Shown piece by piece: positions 51,000 to 64,000 of a stretch of DNA of 64,000 nt. Source of the stretch: Phoronis australis (Eukaryota; Animalia; Phoronida); NCBI GenBank assembly GCA_002633005.1, contig NMRA01000043.1:338018-402017 (forward strand). The letters run 5' to 3'. Both the position numbers and the translations under genes were made by a program. The notes below the pieces were generated by a model. That model did not search any database. It was given only the letters and a program-made list of their open reading frames with translations, and was not told the origin of the DNA. The stretch's first letter is position 1; every line of letters begins with the position of its first letter.

Positions 51000-53900
51000 T
51001 TAGTCAGTCTCCGGTTTAGGGATCCCCCAGTTGCTGTTTCTGGCTGCAGACGGTCCCCAGATACTGCCGAGGGCATTGAACGGGTCAAAACCTCCCAAGT
51101 CCTGTAAATGAGACAACAACTGTGGGTCCATGTAACACTCACAGGAAATAATTCATGGGTTTAATCAGAGGTTTTAAAATTTTATTACAAAACAAATACC
51201 CTGACCTTAACTTCACCAAACCATTAATCAAAAAATATATTAACTAGGTTGTGAGATATGAAAGTGAGGAATCTAACATTTTGATGTTGGTTTTACTAAA
51301 AATATGAATTACTGGATACCATTATTAAAGTGGAACTTGCACACTAAATCCTTATCCCTGTGACAACTTGGTCAAATTAGTTAGAAACACTACATATAGA
51401 GACGATGTGGATATGAAGTAAGTTGAAAATTGCCAGATGTTTCTAAGAACGAGTTTTGGGTCGAAAATGATCCGTTGTGTCCAGTAAGTATCGTACATGG
51501 TGTTGGGGAATAACACACTGCAGATGCAGGTTATGTGAGACCCCACAGTGTGGACGTTCGAGTGCTAAATCCAGGTACAAATTGCCAAGTTAACTGCTGC
51601 TGTTAACTTAACCCTTGTCCTGCACTAGGCCAAGTCAGCCAACATGCCAATAATCCTATTACAATGCTTTGGGTGTACTCAATCGACTATAAGCTGCAGC
51701 TGGGCTAGGAGAGTACACTCACTTCAGGACACTTGTGATTTTCATTCAGAAATTGGTTCACAGTTTCCTCTACACTTCTCTGATTTAAACCATGTGGCTG
51801 TGATTGCCAGTTTGGGAGATATTGGCAGGTTTATGTAAGTGTAGACAAATAGTTTAATTAAATGGCTGGAGCTAGACATGAGAAGATGAGAGTGGCCCAG
51901 TTTACTTTCACTAAGGCTATGATGAAGATTTACATATGGTGAAAATCTCCATTAAATTCTGGACAACTTTTATGTTGCCATCTTTTCTGTGAAATTAACA
52001 GTTACCCTTCAAATTTCCAATTTAAAATTGTTACATCATTAGTTTGGGTGAACCTCATAACAGCTTAGTGAACACCAGTAGTGGTGACCTCCTTAGCTCA
52101 GCACACAGGGAAAGTAGACTCAGCAGGATAAGGGTTAAATCAGGACAGAAGTTAACAGTTCATACTGACTACAACTCTCCAATAGTCAACATGTTGATAT
52201 TAGTACAAAAGGGCCTTAAACTGCTTTACCAATGAAACTTGCAAACTGTGTAATAACGAAATGAACAAGTCAGTCCAACAAGGAATAGATCACATCTTGT
52301 ATTTACATTCACTTTTATTGAATAAAGATGCAGACTACGTGGCAGAGTCATGTTTATGTTGAGTTTGTATGAAGTTATATCCATTACGCAGCAGAATGAT
52401 TCATGATATTGCTTTTCTATTTGTATTTGTCACTATGAAATCTACTATACTTGTGCTGCCTGATTCAGGGAATGCTTTGAGAGCTTAACTATGACTTGTG
52501 CATCTCAAGCACTAATTCACTGTTCTAATTATTCTTATCTCAGCAAAGATGTGATTGGACAACAGTAATTGTTCAGATTAGATGACCGACTTTGTGAATT
52601 CCGAAGTACAGTTGTAACTTAATTTTAGTTTAGTTCATTTCAGTGTACTATTGTGAGAGAGGTGTGTTTAGTAAAGTTCACATTTTACTGCAAGGCTCAT
52701 CAACAGTTTACTACACTCCAGCAAATTTTTGACTGGCAGTTTGCAAGACGTACCTTGTTAGCCACGTCATCGGGTGCAGTGTCCAATGGTTCCACACTGT
52801 TGGTAGACTGGTCAAGCAGCGAGGACTCCGCAGAGCCGGCATTAGCCCAAATGGAGGACACAGAGTCCCAGCTGGAATTGGCTGCCTCAGACAGACCACC
52901 CCACAGTCCAGACGCCATCTATAGGAGAAGGGAAAGGGTATGTTAGGTGACAAGCCAATGGTATTCTTAGAATTCTCCCTACACAAATGCCACTCGCACA
53001 TTGGAGAATGGTATAATCTCACCAATTTCAGACTCAAAAGGCAAACAAGTGATATTTTATTTTCTCACTTTTTCCATAAATGATACGTAACACCATATTA
53101 ATGTTTTGCCAATGTTAAAGAACTTTTAGAACCATAGCACCATATTGATACAGTATTTTGAGAACATTGAGGACATTCTCAGCATCAGAAGCCTTTGAAA
53201 ATGAAAAACGGTAATTATTTTGGAAGTCATTTTGTTCATGAAGCTCCAATTAGACACTATGATAGTGTAGACATATCAAAACTATAGAATTTGGACTTAC
53301 AGGAGATGGCTTGGGTGGTGAGTCAGTCACTGTCGACCACTTCTCGGGTGGGATGAATTGAGGGTCCCAGAGCGCCTCGGGCGACTGGACAGGGCTGATA
53401 TTGAAGCCTGGCCAGTCATCACCCTTCATCAGCTTCCGTTGGTACTCCATCAGGAGGCGACGTCTCTCAGCCTGAAGGCGCTGCATCATGGTAGGTGGCG
53501 ACTCATATGACAGGCCTGGCTTCAGGGCTGTAATAGGAACCCTCGCTGGTTAGGTAAACAGTCTAACTGGATTACAACAGCCAAACCCTCATGGAACCTT
53601 TCTAAAATGTTTATTGTAACAAACTCAACTTGTGTACACTTGGGTTGTAAATGAATGCATAACTAGGTTTGTGGTAATGCAAATGTAGCATACTGCTACT
53701 ATATAGGTTCACTGTCTTGCAATCAAGGGGTGACGTAATAATCGAAAGGACAAGAGTGCAACCTTAACACTTCGACCTGCCGGGCCTTATGCAATCCTAT
53801 TGTTACATCAGATAACACAAATGGCAGTGCAGACAACGATCTAGATTGTTGCTCCTTCTGCGCAAAGGGACAACACAGTGACTGCTTAAATGAAGGGGTT

Positions 53901-56900
53901 TGTTATGGGAGAACGAGGGAAAGATAATAACATAATATATTGGTATTAATAGCTACTGAGGGAAAAGACACAATAGCTGACTTACGTGTTATGATATGTG
54001 AACTGGGGCAATTGTACATAATTCAAATTTCAAGTATATAATTCAAAAGCTACAAAATAAACCAGACAATAAAGTAACAAAGGCCATGTCCTTTGGAAAG
54101 CATTGAACTAGCGTAAATATGGAAGAACCAGCTGGCACTCACCATCTAATCCATATACCGGAGATGGTGGCTGGTTCCACGAGTTGGGTTCCTTTGCATG
54201 TCCACCCAGCTGGAACGGGCTGACATCTGGTGGGAGAATGGGCACTGGGTTAGAGTTCCAAGATGGTTGCTGTTGAACACGGCTACCGATGGGACCGGGG
54301 CTCGAACCTGAAGTGGGAAATGAGCGAGAGTTACGATAATGGCTACAAGGGTACCTGCATGCAGGGCTTCCCTGCAGATGGAAAGTGGAGAAAGTACACA
54401 TCGCCACGACAACCACATGCTTCACTAAGCATTGCATGAGAGAACAGATCTAAGTTAAAACTTCAATACAGTAAAACTGTCAGAGAGGCAGTGGAACTCA
54501 AGACTACTCAGACGAACAGATGCAGAACTGTGGATTTCGTTACCGAATCAGAATTCTATTAAAAATACTGTAACTATTGCCAAAGTGTAACAGTCCAAAC
54601 AAAACTCCTGACTTCATAGAAATCTGTTGAGTGGAGCTGAAGTCACCTCATAATACAATTATGTTATGATTGACTGTAGCCAATAGAAAGCACACCTACT
54701 CTGTATGAAGTCTTTCTTGAGCAGATGAAATCCAATTTCATAAATTAAGCTGATGATATTAAGAGTTGCTTAACGACACATTGCATTTGTAATCCCTTTT
54801 AAGTCGGTGATAATGTGAAACCCGTTTATAGTCCCTAACGTCTTTAAGATTACACAACGGCCACTTTGTGTAAGGTTTTGACTATAGGATCGATCAAAAT
54901 AACCTCCTGATCTCTCCTGTTTTTACAACTTAGAAAAGTTAAAATGTTTTCAAACTAACAAATAATCTATTGATACTATAAAATAAGTAAACTAGATCCT
55001 TTACAAAAGAAAATCAAACTAGCAGTGTAACACAGGCAGTCATTAACTTATATTAACAAACCTGTTGGTCGGAAGTCATCCACCAACATAAAGGCGGGAC
55101 TGCCAGTGCTGATGGAGTCACCACAAGCATGGTTAGGTGCTGCTGCTGCTGTTGCATTGGAGTCCAGGACCATCCCTTGGCCATTGACGACAGCATTGCT
55201 GAAGCTCCCAGCTGATGTGGGGTTGACCAAACTGCCAGCCGTACGGGTATTGCCACGGCGACCATACTGCATCTCCACCTGTTGAGTCTGGTAGGCCATC
55301 TCCGAGAAGTCTTCTGTAAGAGACAGTCACATTTATTTTGATAACGCTGCAGTGGAAGTAATGCATTTGTTCAGGTAAACACCTAGTGTTTAAAGTACAT
55401 TGAATATTCAGATAATGTGAACCCATTGGTTATACCACTCATTGGAGTAGTCCTAGAAAAATAGTGGGGGACATAGAGCACCGAGGTGAACCAAAGACAT
55501 AAATATTGTCAGGTTCCAGTGCAAAAAACAAATTTTTGTAAAATAGAAACACAATATTAAATTTTGTTTAATTTTGACCAAAGCAAGACAGAAAATGGAA
55601 TTGTACTAAAGGGACGCCTCCCCTGGCTGCATCACTCTTAACTACATCCCCAATACAACTTGAAAAATCATGCAAAAGCAAGCAGTAGCCTAACTGTGCT
55701 ATACCAGTCAAGACAGTCACGTGCTTCAAGTACGTAGTAGTACGATAATAATAATGTGATAATGTTAAATCCAATAGTATTACTAGGGCATAAAAACAAT
55801 AACAAAAAGGAGAAAACATGGCACAAAGACAATGCTCTCCTCATGTGCGGTATTTATGCAGTTTTGCTTTTACCCATGGGAGTAAACTCTCGTTACTGCT
55901 TATTTTTAAATTGATGCATTGCGATTTCTCAGCCTGGACAACACCATGTCCAGCAACACAACAACATCAAGAAGCCTATAGTTCTAACACACATGGTGAC
56001 AGTAAAGTTTTAAGAAAAGACGGCTAACCCGGTACAACAAGAGGGTCAGGCATGTCCCACAGAGGCGGTGGGGAGTCCTTGCTGACGTCGCTGCTGTCGG
56101 TGTCGAACACGAGTGGGGTGTGGCCTGTGAGAATGAGGAGACTGTGACACAACAACGACATAACAACAACATCAACAGTGTGAAGAAACAATCAGCATAC
56201 TGGAGGCAATACTACTTGATCAGTCAGCTGTCAATCATAGTATGAGTTGTACAATAAATGTATGACCTCTGGCTGTAGAGTATCCAGAGTATAGCAACAG
56301 GATTTAGATGGGCCTGGCCAGAGATTACAGTAAAAAGTCTTCAGCGTGGATCACAATATGGTGGAAAATTTCAGTTTAAATAATTTCTTGACAAAAATAA
56401 TCATTAAGAAAAAAACACTTCCTTGCTAGCATTAGTCTTACTGTGCCATTATTCTAAACCAATATTCTAAACCAATATTCGACACAATTTTGAGCACTTG
56501 CAGCAAAGTTGTAAGCCTTTAACAAACTTAAAAATGGAAATGCCAGTAATACTAATTTTGTCCAATAGGACGAATGGAGTTCAATGATTACTTCAACAGG
56601 AATTTGTGATTTTGGCTCGACCTTATTAGTGCTACGTAGCACTTTTAACACCTGTTGTGAAAGTTGCTAAACTTTGGGGTAATAGTCAGGTACAATGGTC
56701 TGGCATTTTGAGAACCATCTTTCTCCAATGAATAATGGCCATCAAACTGGTTACCAAAATCCAGCACCTCTGTAAGTAACCATTGACAACTTCAATTCAG
56801 TTGTGGTAAATACAAAACTATGAGCTAATTTTGCATGGAGACAGGCATTAAATGGTCAATTTGCACATGACTGAATTGTACGACACTTTTTCGAACCAAG

Positions 56901-59900
56901 TGAAAATCATGAAAAATGCTGGATGTTCTTTAACCTTTGCTTAAAACCTTCTACCTCAATATTCAAGTTGGTTTTGAGCTCATGGCTGGCATTCTGATAC
57001 ATTGTTATGAATTGAAAGGGCCTTGAAGGCCATGCTAATCCGCCACGCCAATAGAGTAACTTAAGTAGTCCAGTCTAAAGCGACAACAAACTATCACTTC
57101 TTATGAAGCCTAGAAATCATTTTTGTCTGAATAGAGAGGTAAATTTTATTCCGATAAGGGGCTTTGTTGTGTTTTTGACAGCAGTCACAGGTATATAGTA
57201 TCATTAAAGAAATAATTCCTGCAGATACAACAACAAAGAAACTGACCGTTTACAAATAAGATTTACATACAATCATGCAGTGAAACATTAAAACTCTGCT
57301 TACTCTTTAGCCGCATAGGACGGGTGGGCTTGGCGTTCTTCTTTGCAGCCTTCATGGTAGCTTCGGAGGCCATCGTGTGTGGGGATGATGGGGGCTCTTT
57401 AAGGTCATAATGCTTGCCATTCTCTCGGTGAGGAGTGTAAGGCAGGGACAGTGATCTGTAATCAATCATGTACAACTGTTTTCCAATAGTAAAGAAAGAC
57501 TATTAGTAAATAAGAGACTTTCGGTGATATGTTTTAGATCAAATTTCCACTTGTGTCATCACACTAACATGGTACAGATATCAGCTGAGTTTTGTGCGTT
57601 CAAAATGTAACAACACCTTGATATGTTAGCCCTTCCCACACCTAATTTTTTTCCTTTCATCGAATATATCTGAAGGTAAATTCCAAAACCAAAGCATCAT
57701 TATTGGAATATAAAGAACACTAACACAAAATTAATACAATTTTATTAGACTGTGGAAAGAAGTGTTTGAACAGATTTAACCTTGGTAAATTTTCAACATG
57801 GCAGCTTCTTTGCATTACTTGGCATTAAAACATATTATTGGAACTCAGACACATAGTAATGACTCACATACTTGAATGTGCTTCATGATACATTTCATGA
57901 AACAAAACGAATCACTGACTGTAGACTAAACACATTCATTAGCTAACAACTGCACGGTGTTGTTAATCTGTGATGTTACCACATGCATTCAATTCATAAA
58001 TCTGCAACAAAGGTACATGCATTCTCATAATGAGCCATGCAGCAGCAGCTCTCAAGCTCACCAGTGATCAGCATGGATTGCATGAGAACTCATGAGACAC
58101 TTTCATAGGATTTGATTCTACACAGCAGTGTTGTCTAAATCACCACAGTTCACTGGTGTCTAAAGGCCATTTTTGAGGCTGCCAACTGCGTAAAGTCTGT
58201 TCTGCTGGCCTGACTGTAAGTGAATCTTTGACAACATAAGCAACACTTTAATTTGTATTTCGTCTCAAACACTCACGTCTCCAAGATGTTCGCCTTATCA
58301 GCCTTGCTTCTCTTGCTCTTAACCTTTTCAGAGAAGCCATTCTCCTGAAGGTGTGGCTCGCCCGAGGGATGGGGATCATCAGCAGACTTCTTCGCCTTGG
58401 TCTTAGTCTTCTGTTTCTCTGCCTTGGGCACGAGTGGTTCTGGAGTAGAGCAGCCGGCGCTGGAGTTCTGCAAGGGGAGATAAGCATGCCACAAACAGGT
58501 ACAAAACGTGCCATACATCTAAGGAACTGAATAGCTGTGCACACCTACCATTCCCATTGGTAGTCAATTAAATGGGCACTTCCTCTAGACTTAAAAGCTA
58601 AACATGGAAATGAAGAAACAGAATGGATTAAGCAACATGAACATCAATAGAGGGATAATCTGCAATTCATGCACAGCGGCTCACGTTAGTTGGACAACAC
58701 TGTCAAAACTAATATCATTTCTACAAATTTTTACTTGCCAATGCCCTGTACGATTGGTGGGTGGGGGAGAGTGAAAATCATTTTCTGACATAGCATAGGA
58801 AAATTTGACACCCGTTTTGTGTGGGTGAGCAACTTTCGCTATATAACTTGCACTTTAGGTGGTGACTGTGGAAGAAATGTTCCTTTAAAGCAGCTTGAGC
58901 CAAGCCATCTCAAAAGAAGCTGAATTCAATGGGTTCAAGGCATTAGTAAACAATTACACTTCTACACCACACACACACTACAATCATTAATTAGCACAAA
59001 CCTTGTCATCATTGTCAAGACTAGAGGTCTCTGTGGTCGTCGAGGAGTTATCGTCCCTATCCAGCTCATTCATTTCCTTACGCTGTTTCTTCTCCAGCTC
59101 TCGTCGTTCTTTCTCTTCTCGGCGAATCATAGCTTTAGTCTTGTGCTTCATCTTCTTCTTACCTACAAAGTCAACCTTCCAATGTGAGTTCAATTTTAAA
59201 TTTCAATTTTAACCACATTAGACTACAAGTCATTGTAAACTACTGCACACTAAAAAAAAACAATTCCTAGAATTAATGGAACATTATTGATTTTATGACC
59301 AAAAAACATGCTTTTGAGGTTATTGTTAGACTTTTTTAAGAAATGAGTGTTTTTTGTGATTTGATTACAAATCTCCAAGTATCACCATTGTCTGACAGAC
59401 ATTTACTGAAATCATTATTCACTTCAGTCGTATTGAAAACCATCATATCCAATAAAGTAAATAAAATGTACCGTCTTTCTTTTTTGACTCTACATCAAGC
59501 AGATTATTAGTGACAGTAGTAACGTTGGCAACGACGATGTCCGGCTTTACATGATCTTTGATCAGCTTGCTGTTTAACTTGTTCTCGTTGTTGACTTTCT
59601 CCAAGACTTCAGCGGACTTCCTCTTTTCAGTATTTTCCTTGTTCTTCTTGTCTTCAAAATTACTGTTAATACTCTGTAGCTCAGCCGAGTTTCGTTTCGC
59701 GAGTTTTTGACGCGACCGCTGCTTCAACTCACCTCGGTTTTCATTGTTGAGTATACTAGCCTTTTCTGTTTGACATTTTGACTGTTTTAATTCTTTTTCT
59801 CGAGAACTCTGTCGATCATACGATGGGCGTATCGTCTCGACCTTTAGGATGGTCTTGTTATTGCCAACAGGTGGTGATCCGTTCTCCTTCTTCTCTTTTG

Positions 59901-62900
59901 TCTCCGACTTGCACCCAAAAAAATTGAATGACGGTAGGTGACTCGAGATCTTGCAATCACGGCCTGATTTGGACGAGGTCAGACTGGTCAACCGACGGAG
60001 ATCGAAAATCTTGCTGCGGTCAAACTGCCCATTGAGCAAGACATCCGCTTGGAATATGCGGTCTGACTCGATGTACGTGTAGAGTAGGATGACTAATAGG
60101 AAGAAGCCCATGGCTGAGACACAGGAATAGTAAAGAATGGGTTCCCATGGGGGGCGGGGCAAGGTGGACGCACAGCGAGAGAGTAAGTGGGGAGGGAGGG
60201 TGGCCTGTAGGGTGTAGTTGAGCTCATGGCCGATGCTGCTATGTACGGACAGTGTTTGGCGGATCTTGGACATGGTGAAGTCAGGTGTGAACCTGAAAAA
60301 AGGAGGAAACAGGTGAGAAGTCAGGTGTCAACATGAAACAATGGAGAAAGAACACCTGCTTAGTATATAATGTCACAATAACTGAAGTCATGGTAAAATT
60401 GAACACAAACAAGATGATTAGTTCTGGTTGCCAAGAAACATGAGAAAGTGCCTATCCAGCTTTTTGTTTCCATTGTGAGTTTCAAAACTTGTCTAATGCT
60501 AGAAAATGACTAATCATATTTAATTTTTGGTCCAAGAACTTGTTTTACATAAAATTTTACGGACAATACAATGAATAATTACGATACCAAATGCATGTTT
60601 TAGGTAGTCGCATAGGGTATCAGTTCCTTATTGTTCAGTTCAATATTGACACAACAAAATTACTAAGCCAAACATAATCTCAAGCAAATACAAGTTTTAG
60701 GAGTTGAAAAACCTTCCGTGTTTGCTTTGGTGCGTTAGGTCGCCATAGTGACCATTCAATGGATGTTGATTAACAAAGAGCAGGTGATTACGATTAACTA
60801 CGTACGCCACTTCAATCTTTCTTGTTTCACCCGGTTCTAGCTTGAACGCCTCACAGTTCAGGACACGAAATCCGTAACCTTCGCACGACAGACCATTGAC
60901 AGAGAAGCCGTGCACAAACACTTCGAGTTCCCCCGTGTTTTTTATGGTAAAAGTTCGTCTGACAGTGAAATTAGGCAATATGTGTCTTTGTGGTCTCTTT
61001 TCTGCAAAGGAAGTAGAGGCATTTGAAGACAGCTCAAATGTGAATAACACTATTCCATTAACAAGTGAAATCATTCAGCTTAGAAACCATCAACAGATAT
61101 TACTGCCATTGTGTAATTAATTAGAAATGGCAATATCAGAATCAAGTAGATGACTGCAGACATACTAAACAGCACTGTAACAAATTTACACTGAGCATGA
61201 GACCCAACAAAAGAATCCAGGTTGGAACTGACTTTCAAATAATCTCGATAATAGAAAGCAGCTCCTTTCCACACACCTCACACTGACCACAAAGAAATCT
61301 GATGCTAACTGATCTTCAATGAGATGACTTTCTGGTGCCCTAGGACCAAAACTTAAGGTCAAAATCTTTAACACTTTCCAATGTCAAATCCCCAACTTAC
61401 TCTCACAGTTCAGGAGATGCGTTTTGTTGAGTTCAAATAACAGGGGTGATGCTGAGCCCGGTCGCTGATTCCCAAGACGTAACTCCCCATAGGCTCCCCG
61501 GCCGTGGAGAACCAGAGCCTCCAGGATCGTTACATTATTACGGACAATAAGCAGCGTGGTACGAGCGATATCATCCTTAGGATGAAATCCAACTGTGATG
61601 AGAAATCGTCGATGTTCGTGCATCCAAATTGGCAGTGACCTGTTGTGAGTCTTAGCGCCGACTGTATTTTCTATTTTTCGCCGAAACAATGTCACTGAAT
61701 TGTTAACTAAGTGAGGCTGTAAAGACAGAAATTGAAAACTTGAACAATAGTACTCACAAGACTCGACCATGACATAGTAGCATGACAGCAATAAAAACCG
61801 CCCACGAGAATGATGAACACAATAAAACGTTAAATTCAATCTCAACAACAATTGATGGAAAGAGCTATGAATTACACAACAAATACAGAACCTATGTTGC
61901 ATTATGACATCCCCACAGAACAAAGCAAACTTTCGTGGGCTGTTCCAGTAAAAATGTATGGGAGGGGGAAGGCACTTTCATTTTCTACCCACCACCCAAA
62001 TTTTCTTTTATTTCTCCAACCCACCACCCATACATTTTAATTAGGTTGAAATGCAACCACCCATATTATTTAAATTATGCTTGAATTATTCATGGTTATG
62101 TATGTGTTCGGTTTTATTCTCTTTAGATATTTTCGGTCATCAGTGTTTCGCTAGCCAACACTGGTCAGTAGACACATCAGCTCCCTCCCAGGCAAGGGAT
62201 AAACATTCACACATGCTTTCCAGTGAATAGCAATTAATGAACAAGAATGTTGGTATGCACCCTTCGTGTGAATTGCACATGACAGGTGCTAGGGGTGCGC
62301 ATTATTTCAAAATTCCTACAATAGGAGTAACACTTGTAAACAAATTGCCTCTAGGACACACATCATGATCTGTTAAGCACCTTTAAGATGATCGACAGAC
62401 AAGAACTAGCCGTCTTTTCAAATGTCGAAAACTGAAGAGGCCAACAGGGTGGTCGAATCAAAACGCAAATACTGTTGTCAGCACATTCCTGCCACATATC
62501 TTTGCGCCAAATTTCACCCAGTTGCGCCTAGTGGTTTTTGAGATAATCAACCTGTCTTGTCAAAAACTAAAATGGCCAACAGGGGGTACTATGGTAGCCA
62601 AATCTGTCTGAAAATTGACTGGTGCAGGTGCATCCCTACCATCTATTTCTGTGCCAAATGTCACCATGATCTGTGTAACGGTTTCAACATAATCAACAAA
62701 CGAATAATGAATGACTTGAGGAGTCGAAAACTAACAGAGAGTGCCAGAGTGGTTGAATCCGTCCAAAAACGACTGGTGCTGGCACATTCTCGCCATATAC
62801 CTCTGTATCAAATTGCATCGTGAACGTCAAGCAGTTTTCGAGGTAATCGACGCACAAGAAATGGCTTGTCGAAAACTAAAACAGCCAACAGGGGGGACCA

Positions 62901-63560
62901 CAGCAGCCAAATCAATTGGTGCTTGCGCATCCCCAACAAATAACATGATCCGCTAAGCGGATCTTGAGATAAGTGACACACAAAGAATGATAATGACGGT
63001 CAAACAGACAGATGGACATACAGACGGAGGGACGGATGCGATGCTGACCATATGCGTCTAAATAAGATTTTGTGGGTACACAAAAATTCCATGTGAGATC
63101 ACAACTCATGTCGGTTACCACAAACTATTACTGGCATGCACTGTAATATCAGCTTGTTTGGAGGAGCAGCGCAATCAAATGCTTCAACAAAAATGTATCT
63201 TGAGAAGACTGGCTTTAGGACAATTTGTACAGTACGCTAATGCCGTCACATTACCACACAAGGTAAAATTTTGACTATTTGCAGCACGGTTTGGACATTG
63301 GAAGAATGAAAGTTATGGTTATTCCTTCTCACCTATATTGAAGATTCAGCCTAACAGTAAAAAATTCTCACCCTGTGAATTTCAATCTCCTCCAAGCGAA
63401 ACATTTCCTCGTCCTCTGTTTCCACATAGTCGGTGAGATACTCGCCAAGCTGCGGTCCCAGTAGGTCTAGGATGGTCTGAGGACTCGGGTAACTAGCCAG
63501 CAACACTACCTGGGCAATAGCTATAGTGTCCGAGGGGTTTTTTAGCTCCACCATCAGGGC
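51000..63560 (-). CDS. TMEM131: Transmembrane protein 131, 3' portion (13 exons; 5' part lies beyond the window)
   Basis: Phase-consistent exons 63560-63372, 61716-61401, 61001-60806, 60292-59472, 59162-59002, 58467-58277, 57455-57304, 56124-56029, 55313-55062, 54307-54143, 53527-53301, 52918-52754, 51101-51000. Motifs LIVRNNVT, PNFTVRRTFTIKNTG, CEGYGFRVLNC, FTPDFTMS, LLSRCASTLPRPPWE + TM, DDNSSTTTETS, SPPPLWD, terminal FDPFNALGSIW. Confidence 0.9.
51612..52134. mobile_element. Possible piggyBac-type MITE in the last TMEM131 intron
   Basis: TTAA|CCCTTGTCCTGC ... GCAGGATAAGGG|TTAA (12-bp TIR with 1 mismatch, TTAA flanks). Confidence 0.45.
62240..63087 (+). mobile_element. Helentron/HINE-like non-autonomous element with internal ~150-bp tandem units
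   Basis: Starts AACAAG; four diverged units beginning AAAACT(G/A)AA..GCCA at ~62428, 62563, 62727, 62872; ACAG/ACGG microsatellite at 63003-63035; ends in ACACAAAAA. Confidence 0.55.
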
Positions 63561-64000
63561 CTAGAGAACACAACAAGATATCAATAGTGCACCAGACACA
63601 TTAATGTGACACATGGAGATACGAAAAGATGTCAAGTTAACACAATGTTCATTAATAAATCAGTTTCTCACATGACCTGGACTGTGTTACGACACCACTG
63701 GTTAATAACTTTTTGATATTACATAGATGAATCACAAAGTAGTGCAAAGTAGAAATATATACGCCTAAAATTTTATCGTATGCAATACACTAAAACAACC
63801 AGACGCCCGCCAAACAAACAATGCCGGAATTCCGAGAAGATGACAAGGTTATTATTGACAAATCAGGTACTGCAACCGTACGTATTCCCAGTCGGAAGGA
63901 GATGCAAGCAACTTCTTAAACGGACCCATCTTCGGCAGCGAATCCCATATCCATGTTCATTCCAACGGAGACGAACCCCAACTCAAGAAATGCGGAGACA

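Overview
Intron-rich, AT-rich animal DNA, most likely from a marine invertebrate; not prokaryotic. Three minus-strand spliced genes were reconstructed by hand using GT-AG sites and phase continuity. (1) 14839->2799: a 10-exon, ~1738-aa class C (mGluR/CaSR-like) GPCR with a signal peptide, THREE tandem Venus flytrap (VFT) domains each followed by a 3-cysteine mini-linker in place of the 9-Cys CRD, and a 7TM. This is the standout feature. (2) ~39000->29131: a 7-exon, ~246-aa four-TM LAPTM/DUF4728-like protein with PPxY motifs, missed as a whole by the ORF track. (3) From beyond the right edge to 51000: the 3' 13 exons of TMEM131. Intergenic and intronic space holds a 5'-truncated L1/Tx1-like LINE with TSD, a Harbinger-like foldback element carrying a nested THAP-bearing P-superfamily derivative (7-bp TSD), a second Harbinger-like copy with a 29-bp micro-insertion, several MITEs, decayed LINE fragments, a Helentron/HINE-like element and minisatellites. 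Two near-identical duplications next to single N gaps are probably assembly artefacts.
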